Shown here: positions 40,335 through 50,200 of the stretch, piece after piece
Numbering within the stretch: the stretch's first letter is position 1
How the letters are laid out: the number at the start of each line of letters is the position of its first letter
NCBI GenBank assembly: GCA_031423735.1
Contig: JANPGA010000182.1
Span: forward strand, 1 to 53,690
Length of the DNA: 53,690 bases
From: Bacteroidota bacterium
Lineage (GTDB): Bacteria; Bacteroidota; Bacteroidia; AKYH767-A; OLB10
Direction of reading: 5' to 3'
The notes under the pieces: model-generated
Database searches by the model: none
Seen by the model: only the letters and a program-made list of their open reading frames with translations
What the model was told of the DNA's origin: nothing
Made by a program: the position numbers and the translations under genes

Positions 40335-40891
40335 ATGCAAATAAGAAATCAGTCAGACAAAGAAACCTTTTTAGGGCTCAAATCAAAGGATAACCAAGCC
40401 TATGAAATTTTATATAAATTTTATTACCCTTCGGTAAAAAACTTTATTCTGAAAAACAATGGCAATGAGGATGATGCTAAGGATATATTTCAAGAGACAA
40501 TAATTGTTCTATTAGAAAAAGTCCCTAAAGATGATTTTAATTTAACCTCGTCCTTAAAAACGTTCATTTTTGCTATTAGTAGTAACCTTTGGTTAAAGCG
40601 TCTGAGAGAAGCAAATAAAATAGTGAAAGCAGAAGTAGTGACCTATGAAAGTATTTGTTAGATTATGAAGAGGCGGAAGAAGATCATCAATATGAAAATT
40701 CGAATAAAATAGTTAAGGTGTTTAAAATAATGACCCATAAATGCATTGTACTTTTAAAAGCGATATTTTATGATGATAAGAATATCGATACTATTACAAA
40801 AGAGTTTGGCTATACCAATAAACATAATGCGCAAAACCAAAAGTATAAATGTTTAGAACAAGCTAGGAAGGGCGAGGAAAACCTAAATTAA
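40335..40891 (+). pseudogene. Sigma-70 family (ECF-like) sigma factor split by a frameshift
   Basis: ORF 40335-40661 carries region 2 (DAKDIFQETIIVLLEKV...FIFAISSNLWLKRLRE). ORF 40655-40891 carries the region 4 HTH (CIVLLKAIFYDDKNIDTITKEFGYTNKHNAQNQKYKCLEQ). The second frame opens only at 40649. Confidence 0.75.
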
Positions 40892-40941
40892 AAAATTTGA
40901 AAATTGTAGAATATTTTGTTGAGAATAATTCCTAGAAAATA

Positions 40942-41478
40942 ATGATAGAGAAGAAAAATATTTTTGTAATTATTGGGAGTGCAAGTTCGAATTCGGCAAA
41001 CTTAAAACTAGTTAAAATAATAGAAGAGTTAATTGGGAGCGAATATTCGTTGACGATTTTTAATGATCTAAAAACACTACCGCACTTTGACCCTGAACTA
41101 TCATTAGAAAATACTCCAGAGATCATTAAAGATTTTCGACTTTCAATAGAGAATGCTGAAGGGATAATTATTTGTACTCCTGAATATATTTTTAGCATTC
41201 CTAGTGGTTTAAAAAATGCAATCGAATGGTGTATTTCTACAACTGTATTTGCAGATAAACCTTGCGGATTAATTACAGCTTCTGCCAATGGAGTAAAGGG
41301 ACATGAAGAGTTGCAACTAATAATGAAGACTGCGATGGCAAAATTTACTGGTAGCACTACTTTATTGATTCAAGGCGTGAAAGGTAAATTTGACTTAAAT
41401 AATAATTTAACTGACGATGTAACTTTTAATTATTTAAATAATTTTATTCAATCATTTAAGGAGTTAGTAAACAAATAG
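40942..41478 (+). CDS. NADPH-dependent FMN reductase family protein
   Basis: 178 aa. IFVIIGSASSNSANLKL and ADGIIICTPEY-like (AEGIIICTPEYIFSIPSGLKNAIEW) motifs. Confidence 0.8.
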   Translation: MIEKKNIFVIIGSASSNSANLKLVKIIEELIGSEYSLTIFNDLKTLPHFDPELSLENTPEIIKDFRLSIENAEGIIICTPEYIFSIPSGLKNAIEWCISTTVFADKPCGLITASANGVKGHEELQLIMKTAMAKFTGSTTLLIQGVKGKFDLNNNLTDDVTFNYLNNFIQSFKELVNK

Positions 41479-41509
41479 ACCTTCAATTTATTACAATAAT
41501 TTATTCTTA

Positions 41510-41542
41510 AAAAGCGAGCAAAAAAAATTGTTCGCTTTTTTT
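41510..41542 (+). terminator. Rho-independent terminator
   Basis: AGCGAGCAA (41513-41521) pairs with TTGTTCGCT (41528-41536) with one G.U pair. It is flanked by an A-run and followed by a T-run. Confidence 0.8.
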
Positions 41543-41604
41543 ATCTCGTTTAGGTGATTTAACAAATAAATTTGGTATTAAGAGTAAAATAAACACAAAT
41601 AAAA

Positions 41605-42075
41605 ATGAAAAAAGTAAAATTAATTATCGCGACGTTACTCTTTGCAACAAGCTTTAGCAGCTTTGCACAAATGCCAGAAAATTCGTCGAATCCAAAACTA
41701 ATTGCTGTTGTAAATAAGGCAAACTGGTGCGGGGTATGTAAGGCAAATGCAGAACGGTTTACTAAGGTCTTGTTACCTTATTCATCAAAAGGAGTTAATA
41801 TCTTTTTAAATGATCTTACCAATGAAACTACGAAAGAAGCATCAAAGCAAGAGCTAGAAAAGGCAAATGTATATGTAGCTGTAAATACTATTCCAAGAAA
41901 AGGAATGGGCAAAGCACTTAAGGCCTGTCATATGGTAAAGGATAAAAAGCAAACCCAAGACATAGCAGGTATTGTAACCTTCATTGATCCAGGTAGTCAT
42001 AAGCAATTGAAACAAGTAAGTATTTCTATGTCGGATGAAGAAATGAATTCTATAATAACTAACCTATTAAATTGA
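41605..42075 (+). CDS. Secreted thioredoxin-fold protein (WCGVC active-site motif)
   Basis: Signal peptide MKKVKLIIATLLFATSFSSFAQ. The LIAVVNKANWCGVCKANAERF layout resembles Trx beta1-alpha1. Confidence 0.65.
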   Translation: MKKVKLIIATLLFATSFSSFAQMPENSSNPKLIAVVNKANWCGVCKANAERFTKVLLPYSSKGVNIFLNDLTNETTKEASKQELEKANVYVAVNTIPRKGMGKALKACHMVKDKKQTQDIAGIVTFIDPGSHKQLKQVSISMSDEEMNSIITNLLN

Positions 42076-42079
42076 AATC

Positions 42080-42160
42080 ATGAAAAAGCAAACTAAAATT
42101 ATTCTATACATCACCTCGGTAAGTCTAATGGCAATGTGTATTTATTATTTCTTTGGTTAA
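42080..42160 (+). CDS. Candidate 26-aa single-TM peptide
   Basis: ATG 4 nt after the upstream stop, encoding MKKQTKIILYITSVSLMAMCIYYFFG*. Below the ORF-track size cutoff and supported only by its position. Confidence 0.25.
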   Translation: MKKQTKIILYITSVSLMAMCIYYFFG

Positions 42161-42174
42161 TTGAATAAATTAAA

Positions 42175-42372
42175 ATGAAAGAATCAATCAATATTTGGGG
42201 CATTAATGAATACGAAGGCGATGGAATGACTTGCCAAATCATCCCAATAAACTTACCTTTTCATAAGAAATTTGTTTTATTTTTCTTTCGCTTCGGAGTT
42301 TGTCCGGCTTGTGTAACTATGAGTTTAGGATATAATATTAAGAAAGCTTGGCGAGATAAATTTCAAAAGTAG
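42175..42372 (+). CDS. Small hypothetical protein with a membrane-embedded CPAC motif
   Basis: 65-aa ORF starting 14 nt after the mini-ORF. Hydrophobic stretch FVLFFFRFGVCPACVTMSLGY, then a basic tail. The G-x-C-P motif is faintly reminiscent of YgaP-like/DUF2892 proteins. Confidence 0.4.
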   Translation: MKESINIWGINEYEGDGMTCQIIPINLPFHKKFVLFFFRFGVCPACVTMSLGYNIKKAWRDKFQK

Positions 42373-42391
42373 GTAATATAAAGTCAAGATT

Positions 42392-42436
42392 GATTAACGT
42401 GTTTACGAGAGGGATCCCTTTGTAAGCGCGTTGATC
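42392..42436 (+). terminator. Long strand-specific hairpin closing the three-ORF operon (no T-tail)
   Basis: GATTAACGTGTTTACGAGAGGGAT / CCCTTTGTAAGCGCGTTGATC forms about 20 pairs. Five are G.U pairs, valid only in a plus-strand transcript. Confidence 0.45.
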
Positions 42437-42678
42437 ATTTCGATTTCATAGCTAAGTAAAAATGGACTGTGAATTCAGTATGTCCTTTATTAACACCAAT
42501 TCATAGGTCATTATTTCAGTCTAAAGTAGAGTTTTGATACAACTTTTATTTCTTTATAAAGCAAGTTAAGTTTTTTAACATTTCGTATTTTTTTGTTTTT
42601 ACCAACCCCCCAATCTTTTTTATCGTGTTTGAATAGAATAACACGGCAATGGTTGTTGTCTTAAAAAAATAAATCGGT

Positions 42679-45411
42679 ATGAGGTTTAAGTATGTAATCT
42701 ATTTCTTGCTATTTATGGTTTTTTCTATCAGCTCTAACGCTCAGCGATGGATGCAATATCCATATATGAAAGCAAAGGAGGATAGTAATGGCAATTATAA
42801 TTTCTACGACGTAAAAAGGGCCCATTTGAAGTTTGAAAGAAAGCACGAAAGAAATATTGAGGCTGAAAAATCTTTCGAAGACAAGGAAGAGGAAAACGAA
42901 CATGATAATCAATATAAAAGATGGGAATGGTTTACAGAACAACGCGTTTTTCCGACTGGAAAATTTCCCTCTTCTGAAATGATCTTAAATGAATATCAAA
43001 AATTTATTATTACAAAAGCTAGCAATACCAATCGTATTAATAATTCTCAAAACATAACATCAAACACTTGGGTTAATCTTTCATCACCAACAATGCCAGT
43101 TGCAGCTTATGCTGGTATGGGTAGAGTAAATTGCATGGCCATTATGCCAGGTAATAGTAATATCCTTTTAGTTGGAGCCGCATGTGGTGGTGTTTGGAAA
43201 AGTACGAATGGTGGTCAAACATGGGCGGTGTTAAATACCGATCAATTACCCTCCTTAAGCATAACCAGTATTTGCATCGATCCAATTAACACCAACAAAA
43301 TATATATCGCTACAGGCGATAATTATACAGGAATAGCAGGATCAGTTAAACCAGGTCAATTTAGTGCAGGTATTTATAAATCAAATGATGGAGGACAAAA
43401 CTGGGTGTTGGCAGGATTTCCATCCACTCAATCGCAACAGTTTATTCCACAACAAATGATTATTGACCCAATTACTCCAACAACATTATTGATGACATCT
43501 AACACTGGAATTTGGAAAACAATTGATAGTGGAACGAATTGGACACTTCAGCAAGCTGGTTTTTTTTATAGCATAGAATTTAATCCACTTAATCATAATG
43601 TTGTTTTTGCAACCAATTGGCAAGGTTTGTATCGATCTAATAATAATGGAACTAGTTGGGCATACCGTGGAGGTGGATATCCTAACACTTTTGGATCTTG
43701 GGGCAGAGTAACATTAGCTATTTCGCCGGCTGATACCAATATCGTTTATACTTGGGGAAAATTAACCAACTCAACTACATTATTTAAAAAATTCACCAAT
43801 GCAGGAAACACATTTGGTTTATCCACTACGATGAAAGATCCCTATTTAATAACGAACCCTTATGGTTATGTTGATTTAGCGATTGGTGTTTCAAATACGA
43901 ATGCTCTTAATGTAATTATAGGAGGAATTTCGGCTGCTAAAAGTATAGATGGTGGTTCCCATTGGGTTGAAGCTTCAACATACTTAGATCCTCAACTTCC
44001 AAATTATTTTCATGTTGATTTAAAGAAAATAATATACGAACCAGGGAGTGGCGCTAAGCTTTATGCACTTCATGATGGAGGGGTTGCTGTGAGTACAGAT
44101 AATTCCACAACATGGAATAACATTAGCAACGGATTACAGATAACTGAAATATATAAAATTGCAAGTGATCCATCAAACCCCAATATTATTTATTATGGCG
44201 CACAAGACAATGGTACGAATAGGTGGAATGATGCAACTGATAGCATTAAACTTTTAGATGCTGGAGATGGTTTTCAACCGCTTGTTGATCCTAACAATCC
44301 CTTAATAATTTTCACAAGCAAACAAAATGGTTTTATATATAAATCTATTAATGGAGGAGATACATTTGTTCTTGCATCACCGGGAAGGATGGGTTGGAAT
44401 AGTCCATTTAAATTTAATCCGTTAAATTCACAAACAATGTATGCTGGTTGTAATTCAGGATTAAACAAATCAACGGTTGGGGGTACTTATTTATCGTATG
44501 TAAATATGACTGGTGGTGTTCTCAATTACATAAAGGCATTTGATATTTCAAAAGCAGATACTAATTATCAATATACATCATCAACCGACACGATGATTAG
44601 AACAACTAATAATGGTGCCAATTGGACTTACATATCATCAGGGTTACCTGTTAGCTCTGCGGCGATAAGTTATATTACATGTAGCACTTCCGACCGAAAT
44701 AGAGTATGGGTAACTTTTTCAGGATACTCTTCGGGCAATAAAGTTTTTGTGTCTACAAATGGTGGAAGTTCTTGGATAAATTATTCTGGAACTTTACCAA
44801 ATATTCCTATAAACTGTATGGTTTATGTGGAAGGTTCAAATGATGAATTATATATTGGAACCGACTTTGGTGTTTTTTATCGCAACGCAACATCTAGTGA
44901 TTGGACACCTTACAACAGTGGATTACCCAATGTAATTGTTGGTCATCTCGACATTCATTATGGTACTATGAAGTTAAGAGCAGGAACTTTTGGAAGAGGT
45001 CTTTGGGAAACAGATTTAATTAATAATGCGATTCCGTTAACATTAAATTTAAAAGTTTTTTTACAAGGATTTTTTATTGGAGCAGGTCATATGACTACCG
45101 CACTAAAAAATGTTGGAATAGGAAATAGCAATACAATTACGGATTCAATTGTTGTTGAACTTCACGATAAGTTAACTCATCTTCTAGTTACAAAAACCAT
45201 TGCATTACTTCATACGGATGGAACTGTTCAGTGTAATTTTAATGCATTAGCGGATTCCTATTTCATTGTAGTTAAGCATAGAAATTCATTGGAAACATGG
45301 AGTAAAAATCCTGTTGTATTTACTGTTTCACCTGTTACATTTGATTTTACAACTCCAAATATAAATGCAGCAAGATCATTGCCAAATATAAAAGAACCAA
45401 AAGATCAATAA
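42679..45411 (+). CDS. Secreted BNR/Asp-box multi-propeller protein (sortilin/VPS10-like), no recognisable T9SS CTD
   Basis: Signal peptide MRFKYVIYFLLFMVFSISSNAQ. At least 9 S-x-D/N-x-G-x-x-W motifs (STNGGQTWA, SNDGGQNWV, TIDSGTNWT, SIDGGSHWV, TTNNGANWT, STNGGSSWI...). The ~110-aa C-terminal domain is unassigned. Confidence 0.85.
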   Translation: MRFKYVIYFLLFMVFSISSNAQRWMQYPYMKAKEDSNGNYNFYDVKRAHLKFERKHERNIEAEKSFEDKEEENEHDNQYKRWEWFTEQRVFPTGKFPSSEMILNEYQKFIITKASNTNRINNSQNITSNTWVNLSSPTMPVAAYAGMGRVNCMAIMPGNSNILLVGAACGGVWKSTNGGQTWAVLNTDQLPSLSITSICIDPINTNKIYIATGDNYTGIAGSVKPGQFSAGIYKSNDGGQNWVLAGFPSTQSQQFIPQQMIIDPITPTTLLMTSNTGIWKTIDSGTNWTLQQAGFFYSIEFNPLNHNVVFATNWQGLYRSNNNGTSWAYRGGGYPNTFGSWGRVTLAISPADTNIVYTWGKLTNSTTLFKKFTNAGNTFGLSTTMKDPYLITNPYGYVDLAIGVSNTNALNVIIGGISAAKSIDGGSHWVEASTYLDPQLPNYFHVDLKKIIYEPGSGAKLYALHDGGVAVSTDNSTTWNNISNGLQITEIYKIASDPSNPNIIYYGAQDNGTNRWNDATDSIKLLDAGDGFQPLVDPNNPLIIFTSKQNGFIYKSINGGDTFVLASPGRMGWNSPFKFNPLNSQTMYAGCNSGLNKSTVGGTYLSYVNMTGGVLNYIKAFDISKADTNYQYTSSTDTMIRTTNNGANWTYISSGLPVSSAAISYITCSTSDRNRVWVTFSGYSSGNKVFVSTNGGSSWINYSGTLPNIPINCMVYVEGSNDELYIGTDFGVFYRNATSSDWTPYNSGLPNVIVGHLDIHYGTMKLRAGTFGRGLWETDLINNAIPLTLNLKVFLQGFFIGAGHMTTALKNVGIGNSNTITDSIVVELHDKLTHLLVTKTIALLHTDGTVQCNFNALADSYFIVVKHRNSLETWSKNPVVFTVSPVTFDFTTPNINAARSLPNIKEPKDQ

Positions 45412-45444
45412 CATTACTTGAGCGTTTTAAACAAGCGCAAAACT

Positions 45445-47172
45445 TTACTGATGAAGCAACATTTCACTCTTGCAAAGTGCAAATTTTTTGCTTCTGTTAT
45501 CTGATAAAATTATCTCAACCTTATCAGCATTGTTAAGTGCATTTTGAGATACTGGCAATAATTGTTTTACATTACTTATAAAATCAGACTCTAATTTATA
45601 ATGACATGTTAATGATGAATCGCAAACGTTATTTTTATAAAAGTTTAATTGATATTCTAGGTTATTCGATTTGATTCGCCCACCATTTGCGATTAAATTA
45701 ATGTGTAAAAAGTTTAATTCTCTATTAAAGTCAATAATATTTTTATCAATTATTATTTGATAGGAATGGGTGAATGTTAAACTGTCGGGATTTGTATCAT
45801 TTAAAGAAGTGTACAATTCTTTTTTAAAAGAAAAATAATTTTTATTTAGTGTATTTTGATCTAAAATTATTTCAGTCCACTTTATCCAACTGTTAGAATC
45901 AAGGATAGAACCTTGTTCTTTAATTCTATCAATATGCTCCTCTTGCATGGCAATGCTTACGCATGAATCAGCACCTTTAAGTGATGAAAATAATGTTGAT
46001 TCGATTGAAGTACACCAGCCGGTATTTGCAAATGGAACTTGTTCGAGATTATCAATTTTCGCAATAACCTTTTGCAACCCTAAAACTCTACTGGTAGAAC
46101 ATAAATTTTCAAGTTGTTTAATTCGAAGTGTATATGGATTTGCAGCAACCACTAATTTCTGAATATGAATAATAGAAAGTATAATGCATATTGATAAACT
46201 TGAGAATATTAGTTCTCTCTTTTTTAATTTTTCTAAACCATAGACAAAGGGAATTACTACCAAACTTGTTAATGGAAGTAGCATACGTTCGGAATAATTG
46301 GTTACTACTTCGAAACGATGTGTGCATAGAATGATGATTAAAAAAAATAGAATACTAGCTAAATAGAGTAACACCACCTTTTTTTCTTTCCAGATAATTA
46401 TCAATGTCAAAAGAAATAAAATAACTAAGCCTTTTAAATCTCTAATAAACATTTCAATAAAATTGAGAAGGTAGTTGCTATCAGTTAAATTTTTAAATTG
46501 ACCATAATCATTAAACACAATTGGGTAAAATGTTTTTTGTTGATCATATTTATCAAGGAGTGTAAATTTTAAAACGCATATAATGATAAAGCTCCCCCAA
46601 GTAAAAAAAGTTGCCTTGATGTTTTCTTGCTTCAATGACCAATAAAAAAGTATAATAGCTACAGGATAAAACATCAATGGATGTGAAAAAACTAAAACCG
46701 CCAATAGCGCAGCAAAAACAAGTTTTTTCATCTGAAAATTTCTATAAAGTAAACTATTAAAAATTGGCAAAAGAGCAAGTCCTTGTAATAGTTCTGTTAC
46801 AGGACAGAAGAATGAATATGTTACGGCAATACATATTGTAAGAATAATTGCTAATCCACAATATGAATCTTTTAAGAAATATATGGCGAAAATAAATAAA
46901 GAATAATAATATAATATATCACCAACACTATACAATATCATTAAATTTCTTAGAGAGACATTTATCCATATCCCAATTAAAGGAAGGACTTGTGAAACAA
47001 TGGCTATTGGTCGTAAATGAGCAACGAAAAAAGTTTTAGAATTTATTAATTCGAATAAGTAATGTGCGGCATCATAGGATAGTCGTTCTTTAAAAAAGAG
47101 GAGAGAAAGAATAAAAAGTGCTAAGAAAAAGAGGTGTCCCAGTATTATTAATAAACGTTTGGATTTCAGCAT
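45445..47172 (-). CDS. Polytopic membrane protein of unknown function with soluble C-terminal domain
   Basis: I prefer the start at ATG 47172 (MLKSKRLLIILGH...), because the track's TTG at 47223 lies inside the neighbouring terminator. About 11 TM helices followed by a ~200-aa soluble tail. Confidence 0.65.
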   Translation of the reverse strand: MLKSKRLLIILGHLFFLALFILSLLFFKERLSYDAAHYLFELINSKTFFVAHLRPIAIVSQVLPLIGIWINVSLRNLMILYSVGDILYYYSLFIFAIYFLKDSYCGLAIILTICIAVTYSFFCPVTELLQGLALLPIFNSLLYRNFQMKKLVFAALLAVLVFSHPLMFYPVAIILFYWSLKQENIKATFFTWGSFIIICVLKFTLLDKYDQQKTFYPIVFNDYGQFKNLTDSNYLLNFIEMFIRDLKGLVILFLLTLIIIWKEKKVVLLYLASILFFLIIILCTHRFEVVTNYSERMLLPLTSLVVIPFVYGLEKLKKRELIFSSLSICIILSIIHIQKLVVAANPYTLRIKQLENLCSTSRVLGLQKVIAKIDNLEQVPFANTGWCTSIESTLFSSLKGADSCVSIAMQEEHIDRIKEQGSILDSNSWIKWTEIILDQNTLNKNYFSFKKELYTSLNDTNPDSLTFTHSYQIIIDKNIIDFNRELNFLHINLIANGGRIKSNNLEYQLNFYKNNVCDSSLTCHYKLESDFISNVKQLLPVSQNALNNADKVEIILSDNRSKKFALCKSEMLLHQ

Positions 47173-47206
47173 ATGACAAAGTAAATATATAATTATTTTG
47201 AAGAAT

Positions 47207-47232
47207 AAAAAAAAGGGGAGCAAAAGCCCCCC
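47207..47232 (-). terminator. Rho-independent terminator of the S8 peptidase gene
   Basis: The minus strand reads GGGGGGC-TTTT-GCTCCCC followed by TTTTTTTT. Confidence 0.75.
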
Positions 47233-47260
47233 TCCCTAAAAGCTGCTTTTAGTTTTTAAT

Positions 47261-50200
47261 CTAAAGTATTGTTAATTTAATTTGACGAGTTCCTTCACTA
47301 TTAGTCAACTGTAAAAAATAAATTACCTTTTGCATGGTATGAAGATCTATCAATTGCTTTTCATCTTTAATAGAACCAGCATACTGTTGCCAAATTTTTC
47401 TTCCTGCAATATCAATAACACTTATTTCTAAATTCTGTGTATCAATATTTTTTAGTTCTAAATTGAAAATGCCAGAAGAAGGATTTGGATATACATTAAT
47501 CGATCCTTTTAATAAATTTATAGATGTTAGTCCTACGGTATTTGTAATATTAATATCATCAAGCGATAAATCACTTTCGAAACCATTTCCTGTAATTCCT
47601 CGAAAACGAATATTAATAATTTTTCCAGCATAATTCGTAAGTGTTGTATTTACTTGAATCCAATTATTTCCTTGGTTACCAATTATTGGAGCAATAATAT
47701 CATTGGTCCAAACTCCATCCGCAAAGGCATCAAGATGTAGCTCACCCATATTTGTTCCATACATATGAAACCAAAATACTAACTCAGGATTTGTAGCAGT
47801 TGTTAAATCAATACAAGGACTTGTTAAGTCTGCCAATTGCTGATCGCAACCACCCGATGCTTCTAAATAAATATAGTTACCCGTAGCAGTTCCTGTAGTA
47901 TGGTCAAAGTCAGGACCTGTATTTGCGGAAGGAGTCGATCCTTCGTTGGTACGAAAATCAATAGCATCTTGTGTTCCATTTTCGGCGTTGATCCATCCGT
48001 TACTTAATCCACATATTGTCGCACCACAATCAGTTCCTGTATTACAAAGTGATGATGATTCGAAGTCTTCAGTAAAAGGTAGCGTTGCAAGAATACTAGG
48101 AATAACATTTATAGTTGAAACAATTGTATCATTATAAACATTTAGATCACCAACATAAGTTGACCAAGTTTTTAAAATATGCTGCCCGCTAGCGCTTAAA
48201 TTTATAGGAGTAGTGAAGGTCCAATTAACAGTTGCATTTGGAGCAATTGGTCCCGGTACGATATCGTTAGCAATAAGATTTCCATCGGCTATTAAACCTA
48301 CTGGGATATTGCTAATGGCAGTTTGTCCGCTATTTTTAACAACGATATTTACTAAGACAGCACCATTATTTTGACAATCTTGAATTGATCCAGATCCAGG
48401 CGAAATAGAGCTTATTTGAGCATCTAAAGCTAATGGACAATTTATAACTCCTGCATTTTTTTGTATAGCATAGGCTCTTCTTCCATCTCTTCCGTTAGAG
48501 GTTTTGGCACTTACACTAAACCAATAATCAAGTGTTGGATTTGTATTTTGAAGGATAATGGAATTTGTATTTGTAGTGCCAACTGGATCCATATATTTCG
48601 CACCTAAACTATACACAGTATACCCACTTGCACCTATAACATTATCCCAAGTTAATCGAATAGAATCCGGACAAGCCCAGTCAACAAGAATGTTTTGTGG
48701 TAGATTCATAATTGTAAATGAGGTATCACTAACATCTGAAAAAGATCCACGACTTACACGAACCAAAGCATCACTCGTTAGTGTTGAAGGAACGGTCCAT
48801 TCATATTGTAATGTTTGATCATTTACTGCTCCAATAGTATTCCATGTTCCTCCGTTGTTGTTGGAATATTCAAGTGTAAAATTCCCAAGACCTTTAACAG
48901 CATCCCATCTTAAAACTTCTTTTTCTCCAGGAACAAAGCCTTCTCCTCCTTGTGGATAAGTCACAGTAATGTCGCTTGTTCTAAATTCATAAACTAGATA
49001 ATACTTTTGAGGACCGAGTGGAATTGATGTTCCATTAATTGTTAATGTGTAAGTACCTCCAATTGGATTATCAATAGTAATCTGTTCCATATTGTTTAAG
49101 GTATCGTTTCCTCTAATTGCAGGAGTATTTAACGTTGTAGGGTTTGGCGTAGGATCTAGTACCCATGGCTTATATCCAGTTGCTGATGGATCTGAAAGAG
49201 AAATGTCGATGTTATTTACTAATGCCATCGATGCCAATGGTGTTCCTTCTGGATCATTCCAATATACCATCACTTTTACTTGGTTTACCCCAGATGGTAC
49301 TGTAATCGTGTGAGTATTGGTTGCCGCATTATCAACACTATCGAGTAGATATCGTCCTTCTTCTAAGGTACGTAATGCACGGAAAGCATTTACTCGACCC
49401 CATCCATAAGTATAATCAGGACCAGGATTGCCAATATCTTCAGCACCATTTAATAAACAAGCTTTGATTAATGCAGCATCAGGATTTTGGTTACCATTTA
49501 ATGATTTATAGGCTTGATACAATTGAGTTAGAATTCCAGCAATGCCAGGTGAAGCTGCTGATGTTCCTCCACCAACTTGATAAGTGTTATCTTGATTTGT
49601 AGAAAGTTGATCTAAACCATTAGAACAAATATCAGGTTTAATACGTCCATCTGAAGCGGGCCCACGACTACTTGAGTTATCAAGAACTTCTAAAGGACTT
49701 AGATTACCACAGGCAATTACATTTTTCCCAGACTTATAACCACCAGTAATATTTCCCCATCCAGCTCCTGCTCCGTACGAGCAATCTCCTCCTCCATTAT
49801 TTCCAGCAGAAAAAACAAATTCTAATTGCTGATTTTCATGTAATAATTGATCTCCGAATTGAGTGTCGGTTGAGTATTCATTACAGCCTTGAGAATAGGA
49901 AGTTGAATAAATAACAGTTCCTAAGGTGTTATAGTGAGTAATTGCATCAATAATATGAGGATAACCATTTATATCATATACATGCAAATAACATCCAGTT
50001 CCCATGCCACGTATGGTTGGATCTAGATTTCCTCCACCCGCAAGTATCCCGCTAGTCATATCACCATGTGATCCGCCAACCCCTACAAGGTGATTCGTTA
50101 ATCGACCTTGAAAATCGATATGAGGACCAACCTCTCCATCATCAGCTAATCCAGCTACAACACCATCTCCATCATAATGGCGACCAGTAACATATTCGCT

